Source: Deltaproteobacteria bacterium HGW-Deltaproteobacteria-22
Lineage (GTDB): Bacteria; Myxococcota_A; Polyangia; HGW-17
DNA length: 64,000 nt
Assembly: GCA_002841825.1 (NCBI GenBank)
Contig: PHAZ01000001.1
Span: forward strand, 3,107-67,106
Direction of reading: 5' to 3'
The notes under the pieces were generated by a model. The model did no database searches. It saw only the letters and a list, made by a program, of their open reading frames with translations, and had not been told where the DNA came from. A program made the position numbers and the translations under genes. Shown piece after piece: positions 55,182-63,294 of this stretch (position 1 is its first letter; each line of letters starts with the position of its first letter).

Positions 55182-55400
55182 ATGACAAAGAAATGTTTTT
55201 TTCCACTGTTGATATCCTTCATTTTTTTCGGGAATTCTTCTTGTAACAACTCGAATAAGGAGAAATGCAATAGTTATCAACAATGCTTAGATAATTGGGC
55301 ACGGGGAGATGGACCGCAAGTTTCCGCTAGCGAAATTTATGCATATTGCGCAAACCAAAGCGGAATCAGTGTCCCATCAAATCCTAATAAATGCGATTGA
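55182..55400 (+). CDS. 72-aa Cys-rich putative lipoprotein
   Basis: MTKKCFFPLLISFIFFGNSSC signal, then four further cysteines. Confidence 0.6.
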   Translation: MTKKCFFPLLISFIFFGNSSCNNSNKEKCNSYQQCLDNWARGDGPQVSASEIYAYCANQSGISVPSNPNKCD

Positions 55401-55414
55401 TTCCTTATTCTTCT

Positions 55415-55462
55415 TGCCTATTCCGGAGCATCGTGGACACCTATTCCGGAGCATCGTGGACA
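55415..55462 (+). mobile_element. Orphan IS21-family terminal sequence
   Basis: TG followed by two tandem 23-bp units CCTATTCCGGAGCATCGTGGACA; no istA/istB nearby. Confidence 0.6.
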
Positions 55463-55533
55463 GCATCCGTGAAATAGCATGATGCCTTTTTGTGAGGCCG
55501 CAACTGACCCTGGATTTGAATTTCATGACGCCT

Positions 55534-55559
55534 AAAAAAGTCTGGGTTTCCCCAGACTT
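55534..55559 (-). terminator. Intrinsic terminator of the DUF932 operon
   Basis: 9-bp stem AAGTCTGGG/CCCAGACTT with a 4-nt loop and a T run on the minus strand, 30 bp after the nuclease stop. Confidence 0.65.
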
Positions 55560-55588
55560 GAAGATCAAATATTCATTGTGTGGTGGGT

Positions 55589-56422
55589 TCAGTCCTGACT
55601 GGCGCACATGCTCCTGTAGCTGCAGCCGCCGCATCTCCAACTCCTGTGTTTAGGCAGGACGAGCTGGGGATGGTCGTGGGACAGGGCAAGGGAGATGATT
55701 GTGGAGGCGGATGCGGCCAGGGTCAGGGCGCCTCGCTCCTCTTTGGCGGGGTCATGGCGGGCGATGGTCTGGAGGGTGACTGCAGGAATTTTGGATTTTT
55801 GGAGGAACTGATACTGCAGGGAGACATCATCGACGTCGAAGATAGTCTTGGCCGCGAGTGAATACAAAGACATCTGAGTGTCCGGTGCGGCGACCTTGTC
55901 GTTGTCGATGCGCGCAGCCGTCTTGTGGTCGGTCACGACGATCTGTCCGTTGCGTTCTTCGACGAGATCGAAGGTACCGAGCAGGCACTCCGGGAGTTGC
56001 TCGCCCGAGAACGGGTTCACTAGCGGGAGAACAAACTTGAATTCAACGGCAAGGATGTGGGCAGGACGGTAGCCGGTGGCCAGGAAGGCCGTCAGCATCG
56101 CGCTGGCCTGCGACTTTAGCGAATCGATGGACTCGCCCTTCTTGAACGAGATGGGTGCTCTCTGCGGGGCATCGATGGCCGCCGAGGCCACGTCGACGAG
56201 TTCGGTGAGCGTCGGCTCCGTGCCGGACTGCTTCACGGAATTGTAGAAATAAGCGAGCGATTCGTGCACCGCGGACCCTAGGATGAGCGCGGCGCCGGTG
56301 TCTTGGGGCGGTTGCCCTTGGATGTAGTGGTAGAGGAATTCGCGGGGGCACTCAATGAGGGTGGAGATCGAGGAGGCCGAGAGGTGAAGTGCTTCATCTT
56401 GCGGAACGGGATTTGTAACCAT
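55589..56422 (-). CDS. PD-(D/E)XK RecB/Cas4-like nuclease
   Basis: LSASSI...CPR, GSAVH, GTFDLV...VTDHKT, QMSLY, C-terminal CxxCxxxxxC (four-Cys Fe-S-type arrangement). Confidence 0.85.
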   Translation of the reverse strand: MVTNPVPQDEALHLSASSISTLIECPREFLYHYIQGQPPQDTGAALILGSAVHESLAYFYNSVKQSGTEPTLTELVDVASAAIDAPQRAPISFKKGESIDSLKSQASAMLTAFLATGYRPAHILAVEFKFVLPLVNPFSGEQLPECLLGTFDLVEERNGQIVVTDHKTAARIDNDKVAAPDTQMSLYSLAAKTIFDVDDVSLQYQFLQKSKIPAVTLQTIARHDPAKEERGALTLAASASTIISLALSHDHPQLVLPKHRSWRCGGCSYRSMCASQD

Positions 56423-56780
56423 GGGATTCTCCTCCGATCAGTTCGGAAATCAGCGTACTGGCTTCCTTGGTCGACAGATAGTTCAGCGCCTTGCTGAAGC
56501 GAGCCTTGCAGCTCGCGTCGAAGGCGTTCCAATTGCCGTCGAGTTTCTCGTTACACAGCTTACGCAGCATGGCGAGCTGGCGGCTGCTGATGCGACCTTT
56601 CTCATCGATAGCGGGGGCAGGCGTTTCGTTGGTGACGGGAAGCGGCGTGCTGTTGGTGGTCGCGGGAATGTGGCTGTTGGCGGGGTGAACGAGGATCAGC
56701 ACCTCGGCGATCTCTTTGCAGATCTCGTGGAGGTTCTGACCGATGTGGTCGAGATGGTTGCGAAGTTGTTCTTGTTCCAT
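56394..56780 (-). CDS. Hypothetical protein, paralogue of 39745-40200
   Basis: ATG after AAGGAG; C-terminal ISSRQL...LSTKEASTLISEL domain. Confidence 0.75.
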   Translation of the reverse strand: MEQEQLRNHLDHIGQNLHEICKEIAEVLILVHPANSHIPATTNSTPLPVTNETPAPAIDEKGRISSRQLAMLRKLCNEKLDGNWNAFDASCKARFSKALNYLSTKEASTLISELIGGESHGYKSRSAR

Positions 56781-56806
56781 AACAAATCTCCTTGGATTGA
56801 AGCGGG

Positions 56807-56929
56807 TTATTTGCGCTTCTTGGGGTGGCGGTTGTTTTGCGACGGTTGCGGTTGCGGCGGAGAAGCCGGGATCCAAGCGACGACGATCTCGGCAACTTGC
56901 AAAATGAGGCAAATAACTTTCGGGTTCAT
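56807..56929 (-). CDS. 40-aa small protein (not in the ORF track)
   Basis: AAAGGAG RBS; MNPKVICLILQVAEIVVAWIPASPPQPQPSQNNRHPKKRK; fills the gap inside the operon. Confidence 0.45.
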   Translation of the reverse strand: MNPKVICLILQVAEIVVAWIPASPPQPQPSQNNRHPKKRK

Positions 56930-56943
56930 GTGGTGATCTCCTT

Positions 56944-57930
56944 TCAGGCCGCTGCGAGTTGCATGGCCAGTTGCAGTGCGGTTTCTTTGACCTGCATGCC
57001 CTGTCCGAACCAGGCAGAATACATTCGGCTATCAGGGTTGTTGAGATTGCGTGAGTGGTCAACGAACTCCGAAACTGCATTCAGTGCGCGCCAGAAATTC
57101 GTCGCTGTGATATCGGTGCCGCGGCCGTTCTCGAAGAGTGCGGTAATTCGATCGCGGATTGAGCGAGCGCTGTTGCGCTTGGCGGTTTCGGCGGGATCGG
57201 GGAAGAGGCGGGTGAGGTACTCGCTCAACTGGAAGGTGTTGATGCTGCGCTGGGCCAGGTAACGGTACAGGTCGGCACTCTGCTCAAACTGGGCATTCAC
57301 GCCGGCCAGGTATTCAGCGACGTTCTGGATCCTGGCGACTGCACCGGCCGTGTGTCGGATGCTGATTCGCTTGTGCTTATCGGCGCGGGCTGTGGCCATG
57401 GCGAGGGTGTTCGAGCAGACCACGCGGATCGGCGTGAACATGATGCGGACGGGGCTGCTTCCGTCATGGGAATTTGAGAGCAGCAGATACTTGTCGACAA
57501 CGTCGTCTCCGGCAATGCGAAGGTTTCCATTGAGACGTGCGAGAACAAATACGGTTCGGCCGCCGCGAAGACTGCCGGCCGTGTGATACTCCACCATTCC
57601 CGTTTCGACGATCCGATTGAAAAACTCGAATGCAGCCTCATTCTGTACAGGGCGATATTGGTCGCCCACGACGCCGAGAGTTTGATAGGTGGGGGTGGTG
57701 TCGGCCTGCGTGATCTTGCGAACGACGGCGAAATGCCTCGGCACGCTCAGTGCATGCCACGTGTTGTTGTCCTGCACGATCGCTTCCAACGGCGTCTTGA
57801 AAACACTCCATCCGAGTCCTGCGGAAACAATCGCAGCAGCAGCGGTGGGCGGTGCGTCGGCAAGCAAAACGCCAAGGCCATGCCAGGCTGGCTTCTGAAC
57901 GAAGAATCCATTTTCAAACTGATGGCTCAT
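56944..57930 (-). CDS. DUF932 (TIGR03299-like phage/plasmid) protein
   Basis: PAWHGLG, LGVVGDQYRPVQN.AAFEFF, TAGSLRGGR, LLLSNSHDGS, TPIRVVCSNTL, IRHT, WRALNAVSEFVDH. Confidence 0.9.
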   Translation of the reverse strand: MSHQFENGFFVQKPAWHGLGVLLADAPPTAAAAIVSAGLGWSVFKTPLEAIVQDNNTWHALSVPRHFAVVRKITQADTTPTYQTLGVVGDQYRPVQNEAAFEFFNRIVETGMVEYHTAGSLRGGRTVFVLARLNGNLRIAGDDVVDKYLLLSNSHDGSSPVRIMFTPIRVVCSNTLAMATARADKHKRISIRHTAGAVARIQNVAEYLAGVNAQFEQSADLYRYLAQRSINTFQLSEYLTRLFPDPAETAKRNSARSIRDRITALFENGRGTDITATNFWRALNAVSEFVDHSRNLNNPDSRMYSAWFGQGMQVKETALQLAMQLAAA

Positions 57931-58427
57931 GATTCAATCCTTTTCTGTTGATTTAATTATTGTTTTTGTCGGGGTGGGTTAATTGACAGGGTGGGAGAAA
58001 TGGCGGGTTTGAGGGTGGGTCCTTGTTGTTCATAGAAGTGCTCCTGGTATGGGTTTCAGGCGGTTTTTGCTTGGTGACGCGGATGCGGTTTTTGGGTGCG
58101 GATGCGGGTGTGTGTTTGCGGACGTTTGGGTGTTTCTAGGACGGGCGTTTGGAAGGGAAAAGTGGCAGGTAAATGCGGTGGTTTGCGGTGAGGTTGTGGT
58201 GAGGTGTTTTTCGCGGGGTCGGTTGCGGGTTTTCAGGCAGGCAGGAACGCAAAAGTGCGCTCCTTATGGTTCTTGTACCAGAAAAATGCGGATAATCAGG
58301 TTATGGATGCTCAATTCCCAGCGACAGACGAGAAAGTCAGATCGGGGAGCACGTTGCCCAGTTCATCGACGAGGCCAACACGCACAGGCGACCAAACTGA
58401 GCGACCAAGCTCAACAAGGCGCTCCCG

Positions 58428-58596
58428 AGGCCAGTGGCGGTGCAGGCGGTAGAGGACGTTGCCGTCGGGTGTCAAGGGCGATTGAGATGCGGTCGAGCGC
58501 AAACGGGGCACGCAACCCTTAGCGGCAGAGCTGCTCGAGTCCGGCGCGATCCTCGGGCGCCCCCGTGTGGAAGGCGTGAAGGGAGAAACCATCGAC
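58428..58596 (-). pseudogene. IS91-family (Y2) transposase fragment
   Basis: VDGFSLHA...DRAGLEQLCR*GLRAPFALDRIS, then a frameshift into LTPDGNVLYRLHRHWP. Confidence 0.65.
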
Positions 58597-58770
58597 CTTG
58601 GATTCCTCTGCGTCTTCGTCGCGGTCCTCGGCAATGTGCTTGAGCTTGAGGCAGGCGCAATCGACACTGCTGTCACCGTCGTAGTCGAGGGCGTCGGCGC
58701 AGACGCGGCCGTCCCACCCAGTGTCGTGCCACGGGACGCGGATGGAGATGTGTTTCAACGGGTAGTTCAT
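58597..58770 (-). pseudogene. N-terminal fragment of a large RecD-like helicase
   Basis: MNYPLKHISIRVPWHDTGWDGRVC...CLKLKHI; ATGA overlap with the RT stop; cut after ~58 aa by the IS91 fragment. Confidence 0.55.
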
Positions 58771-61700
58771 CCCAAACCTGCCGGAGGCGACTTCCAAGGC
58801 GACTCCGGCGCGAGTGCTTTGATCCTGCGCGCTATGACATGGTCGATGTTATTGATTTCGAAGAAGGCTACCGAAGCTTGCGGTTGTCCATGAAGGTGGA
58901 ACATCTGCCGTTGGTACTCCTTTCCCCAGGGATGGTACGCATTGCTGCCACCATACTCGCCGTTGTTTGCGATAACGACATACTGAAACATGTGGTAATG
59001 CAGCGCCAATGCCATTTGATCGAACGTGCCCACGTCCCTGTTCAGCGCTGGGATCGCGAATACATCAGAATGGTGACGAAGGTCTGCGGCCAACGCCAGA
59101 TCTGTCGCGTCGTAGCAGACGGCCGCGGTAAGCCACAGTGGCGGATCTGCTAACATGCTCGACCAGTCGTAGCCCACCAACCACTGACAAGGGCGCCAAC
59201 CTTGCACGACAACTTTCGGATTGTTCAACTTTGTCTCACCTGCGGCGAGGTGATGCTTTCCTTGCCGTCGAATGAGAGTCTGCAACCCGTGAGCTGCCGA
59301 CCAGGTCGGCATTATCCAAATGGCGGAATTGACCAGCGGCTGACCAGCGAACAATTCTTGGTAAGTCAGTCCCGCCAAGATGATGGCCCTGTGCTTGCGA
59401 GCAAACGGAATGAGGTGTGTCTTCACATCAAGTGGATGCACGGCAAGTTCCGGCAGAATTAGCCAATCGAGGCGACCATCGAGACCCATGTGCGTCTCAC
59501 GCAGATCGAGCATTCGCTCGATCGCTGCCAGAGCGGCAGACAAATGATTACGGTGCGTCTTGCGAATGCCCCGTTCGGACAAACTAAGATCGTCAACCGC
59601 TGCAGCGGTGATGATGTCGCTGGAGGTCGGCGTAACGGTCTGCACCACACAAGCCCGTAGTGGTCGCGTCTTCTTCTTCCCGTCAGGCCGCGAGGTATTG
59701 AACGGCAGAAGAAGAACACCGCTTGAACCACCTTGCATCCTATCGAGTTTCGATTGGCGCTCTTCAATAAGGGCGAGCAAGGCGAGAACGCCGCCTTCGG
59801 TCTGTCGGTCCATCTCTGAAATTTGACACCCTGGCCATCGAAGCAACGAGAAAAGCAACTGCTCAATCCAGTCCGAGATCGGCAGCCAGTCATCGCCAAA
59901 CGCCGAGTGCCCGTTGAAGAGACCGTAGAGCCTTTGATACCAATGGCTCTCCGCTGCTCGGTACGTTGTTGCGGTCTCCTTCCAACTGGGCGGGCGCACA
60001 ATCTTTGTGAAGTCTTGGCGCGCTGTCAGAATGAATCGAAGTAGATATCCAAGCTGAAATCGCCAACGCTTGTCAGCAGGGCACCATCGGGGCGGGCGGT
60101 ACATGGACCCGGCAGGTGTGACTCGGCTTGACGCGACGGAGACCGTGTCTTTTTCGGATAGTCCTTTCGCGGAATCCTGAACCCTAATGCGGACGTCTTC
60201 TGGGGTGATGACGTCATCCATTGCTGCCTCGGGCAATGCCTTCAGAAACTTTGAGGCGAAGCGAAGCACGGCGAGCTCGTTCCGTAGCGAACCGTTGGGC
60301 GTACCTTGAAGGACTATTTCGGCGAGCGACATCCCTGACTCGGCTCCAGCACGCAGCCGCAGGCAAAGATCATCACGCAAGCGCGGGGTGACGCTGGCAG
60401 CAAGGTCGGGCCGCGATTCAAGTATCTCCAATGCAAAGGACGGATCTCGCTCGCCGATCTGCTCGAGCCGGCTGGATGTGACACCATCGCGCACCAGCTC
60501 AATCGCTGTTTCTCGTCCGCAAAACGATCGACGCGCCAAGACGGCCAGCGTAGAAAAGTCCCCTCCCTTAATACGGTCGCCCTCGTTTCTGAGGAAGCGG
60601 ATCAACTCGCGGTAATGTTTCGTCTCCGGGTTGGTTCCTCCCCGTTGGACTGGTGCGTCCTTGGGGTCGTTTGCCGCGAGATACAAGAATGCCTGCTGCC
60701 TGAGATACCAAGGCAGCGCCGCTGGGGGTAACTCAGCAAGGCGCACCGCCTCCTGCCGCAGGAGCTTTCGATAGGCATCGATGTCGATACCTTTTGGCAT
60801 AGGCTCGCCTGTTTCAACGAAACCGGTCTCCGTGGCGCCAGCCCGCAACACTTCCGAGAGGCAGTACCACGCCACCCGTCGCGGTGCCCCTCGATGTCCT
60901 CCCTTAACGGTGAACGGTCGTAACAGGTCGAGCACACTTTGAAGAACAACCTCCGCCGGCCAAAGGTCCAACCCGATGCGAAGCAGGCGCACATTCGAGG
61001 GGTCTTCGACCCAACTTTCGATGAGGCCGAGGGCAAACGATCTGGCTTCATCATCAAGCTCGCTCTGAGTGCGAGCTACACCGGCGCGACTTGCTGCGTC
61101 CTCGTTCGCGTACACCTCGACTGACGTGTCCGGCTCTACGCGGTCCGCTAGGAGCGGTCTCAGGGAACGATAGGTGCTTCTGAACCGCGCTGCGGCGAAA
61201 CGCTCAACTGTGGCGTCGAGTACATCTGTGACGGGTGCGAATGCCCAACTTTGTCCGTCGATTCGCTGTGCCGAATAGCGCTGTTGGGACTGAATCAGCC
61301 CTTGGACAGCATTAAGGATGTCTTCGCCGCCAATTGCATCGAAGCCGCCGGAGATTGCGCCCTGAATGCGCGCCATCTTCCGGCTCTGCCGCACCAAAGG
61401 TCGCTCATCCCCTCCGAAGTTCGCGGCCCTGGTCTTCTCGGCAGAGACCTGCAAACCATGGGCTTGCTCATCAAGCAACTCCTGAAGCCATTTCGTTGAA
61501 AGCTGCTCGATGTCAGGGAGTGTCTTCTTTTCCGTGACCCCCAAGACAATGCGGAGATCATCGACGTACCGGCAAACATCCTTGACGACGACTCCAGGCT
61601 CGATCTCCTGAGACACGGTTTCCCGCAATCCTTGGTCAAAATCGAGCAACACGACGTTTGCAAAGAAACCGGATGCGACCAATCCTTGGGGAAGCGCGAC

Positions 61701-62537
61701 TCGTGAGAAATCGTCAATCCCCGCCTGCCTCGTGTAGTCTGCGATCTCTCGATCGTCCTTGCTGGCCCACTCCCAGTTCAACAAGCGATTCGCGAGTATG
61801 TAGAAGTTCGGATCATCGTTCGGTCGCGCCAGTGCGCTGAGCTTCCTAGCGAGTAGATCGGGCCGCACGCGGTCATAGAACTGGCGTAGGTCCGAGTGGA
61901 CGATGATGATTCGATTGCCTGCATCCCTTGAGACTTCCTCGGCGACAGTCTCGGGTCGCGCCAGAAAGCTTCGATAGTCTTGGTAGTGGGCGCGATAGAG
62001 TTTTCCTGAACCCCAGCGGTGAAGAAGCGAGCCACCAGCGTTGTCGCAAAACAAACGGTTGCCGTAGGAGATAACTTGATTGCGTACCACCGTATCTGTG
62101 ATTTGACCGCGAGGGTCACCCTGTAGCGTCTCGACCCTATCAGCGATGCACATCATCACGGCGGTGGCTGCCACTTGGTCGCTGAGGCTTGCGTGCGCCA
62201 ATGGACGCAGCGTGGTGCCCGGGCGTTTCGTATCCTGCGGGGTCCTTCGAACTGGGACTGGTTCCCAGCGCTTGGAGATCGAATTCACCTGCCAATGCTG
62301 ACTCTTGGGCGCCGGTACTATTCGCAGCGGATCGCTACACCACCTCTCAGGCGCCGCGAGACGTTCGGCCAGCTCGCCCAAAAAACGAGGGAGGTTAATC
62401 GCAGTCCGATCCAGTTCCAGCGTGTCAGAAAACCAATTGTGATACCGGATGTAAGAAGCCGTCTTCTTCCATGCTTGGACGAGGACAACCTCTTCGCGGA
62501 GTAGCTCAAGGTGCGGTCCAAGAACGTCGTTTGTCAT
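58767..62537 (-). CDS. Reverse transcriptase-nitrilase fusion (DRT1/UG1-like antiphage RT)
   Basis: RT motifs SDLRQFYD, LPQGLVASGFFAN and YVDD; helical middle region; nitrilase triad ILPEL / QGKH / VCYD. Confidence 0.88.
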   Translation of the reverse strand: MTNDVLGPHLELLREEVVLVQAWKKTASYIRYHNWFSDTLELDRTAINLPRFLGELAERLAAPERWCSDPLRIVPAPKSQHWQVNSISKRWEPVPVRRTPQDTKRPGTTLRPLAHASLSDQVAATAVMMCIADRVETLQGDPRGQITDTVVRNQVISYGNRLFCDNAGGSLLHRWGSGKLYRAHYQDYRSFLARPETVAEEVSRDAGNRIIIVHSDLRQFYDRVRPDLLARKLSALARPNDDPNFYILANRLLNWEWASKDDREIADYTRQAGIDDFSRVALPQGLVASGFFANVVLLDFDQGLRETVSQEIEPGVVVKDVCRYVDDLRIVLGVTEKKTLPDIEQLSTKWLQELLDEQAHGLQVSAEKTRAANFGGDERPLVRQSRKMARIQGAISGGFDAIGGEDILNAVQGLIQSQQRYSAQRIDGQSWAFAPVTDVLDATVERFAAARFRSTYRSLRPLLADRVEPDTSVEVYANEDAASRAGVARTQSELDDEARSFALGLIESWVEDPSNVRLLRIGLDLWPAEVVLQSVLDLLRPFTVKGGHRGAPRRVAWYCLSEVLRAGATETGFVETGEPMPKGIDIDAYRKLLRQEAVRLAELPPAALPWYLRQQAFLYLAANDPKDAPVQRGGTNPETKHYRELIRFLRNEGDRIKGGDFSTLAVLARRSFCGRETAIELVRDGVTSSRLEQIGERDPSFALEILESRPDLAASVTPRLRDDLCLRLRAGAESGMSLAEIVLQGTPNGSLRNELAVLRFASKFLKALPEAAMDDVITPEDVRIRVQDSAKGLSEKDTVSVASSRVTPAGSMYRPPRWCPADKRWRFQLGYLLRFILTARQDFTKIVRPPSWKETATTYRAAESHWYQRLYGLFNGHSAFGDDWLPISDWIEQLLFSLLRWPGCQISEMDRQTEGGVLALLALIEERQSKLDRMQGGSSGVLLLPFNTSRPDGKKKTRPLRACVVQTVTPTSSDIITAAAVDDLSLSERGIRKTHRNHLSAALAAIERMLDLRETHMGLDGRLDWLILPELAVHPLDVKTHLIPFARKHRAIILAGLTYQELFAGQPLVNSAIWIMPTWSAAHGLQTLIRRQGKHHLAAGETKLNNPKVVVQGWRPCQWLVGYDWSSMLADPPLWLTAAVCYDATDLALAADLRHHSDVFAIPALNRDVGTFDQMALALHYHMFQYVVIANNGEYGGSNAYHPWGKEYQRQMFHLHGQPQASVAFFEINNIDHVIARRIKALAPESPWKSPPAGLG

Positions 62538-62604
62538 GAGGACAGGCTACCGCTGCGGTTGGGGGACAACTGGCTGGGTGCCATGGAACCGACCGCCTGT
62601 GGCT

Positions 62605-62790
62605 TCATGACTCGCGACCCATTACCTCAACGAACTCCGCGACCACCTGCAGCTCCCCCTCATTCACGCCGGTGAGAATGATCGGCTTGAAGTTGGGGTT
62701 CACCGGCTTCAGCGTGTTCTTCTCGTCCTTCGAGAGCGTGCGCCCCTTGCGGTCCTTGAGCCACTTCTCGCAGAGAGCATAAGCACTCAT
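62605..62790 (-). pseudogene. Chimeric remnant: type ISP RM C-terminal piece fused to an S24-like C-terminal piece
   Basis: CEKWLKDRKGRTLSKDE joined to TLKPVNPNFKPIIL...ELQVVAEFVEVM. Confidence 0.5.
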
Positions 62791-63024
62791 AGACGTTTTG
62801 GCCTCCCACGGGTACTATCCCCGAGGGTGCAGCGGAAGTCAAGGTTGAGCATTTTGGGTAAAAAAGGGGTTTACGAGGAGATTTGGCGCCATCGCTTTAC
62901 GTGTTGTTCGCCCATGATTTTCCGCCTCCTCCGCAACTGACCCGCGCGCACCTCCCCGACCGCCGGGGAGCGAAACGTTCACCTGTGACCCGACCCACCT
63001 TCACGTTCCACCCACGTCAGGAAA

Positions 63025-63043
63025 CATTTCCTTAACTTGGGCG
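63025..63043 (+). repeat. 19-bp sub-terminal direct repeat (right copy), followed by a second AACTTGGGC
   Basis: Identical to 38429-38447. Confidence 0.9.
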
Positions 63044-63183
63044 AAACTTGGGCCAAAATGAGCCTTTCCTTACACGAATGAGAAAAAATGAGGCTGACAA
63101 CAAGAACTGAGAAAACCCACACGGGACAAGGAAATACGCGAAATTCTCAGGCCGTACGCGGGGTTTTGAAATGGCACATGGAT

Positions 63184-63199
63184 TACCGCGGCCAGTAGA
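63184..63199 (+). repeat. attR core TACCGCGGCCAGTAGA
   Basis: Identical to 38359-38374. Confidence 0.85.
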
Positions 63200-63294
63200 C
63201 CCCCCTCCCATTTTGGGACAGCGGATGCTCCATCAAGTCAAATTCGCCGTTCCATTCGTTGACGGTCCACCACCTGGCTGCTATCGTTTCCGTG

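Larger units (their letters stand above)
38359..63199. mobile_element. ~24.8 kb tyrosine-integrase genomic island with defence cargo
   Basis: Perfect 16-bp direct repeat at 38359-38374 and 63184-63199; integrase next to the left copy; Xis-like and primase-helicase genes; restriction-modification and RT cargo. Confidence 0.9.

Noticed and set aside
55417..55462. CRISPR array next to a Cas4-like gene
   Set aside because: Only two abutting 23-bp repeats with no spacer and no cas1/cas2; fits an IS21 end better
55470..62943. Short matches TGAAATAGCAT (38421 and 55470) and CCGCAACTGACCC (55498 and 62931) as internal element ends
   Set aside because: Only 11-13 bp and not extendable; may be chance
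62538..63020. Retron msr-msd or DRT ncRNA upstream of the RT
   Set aside because: No long flanking inverted repeats seen, the RT lacks a retron VTG motif, and most of the space is a coding remnant; not excluded without RNA data
38429..63043. 19-bp repeat as the att core, or as a dif-like site
   Set aside because: An outer 16-bp repeat duplicating the host gene end explains the boundaries better; similarity to dif is weak and the region looks origin-proximal
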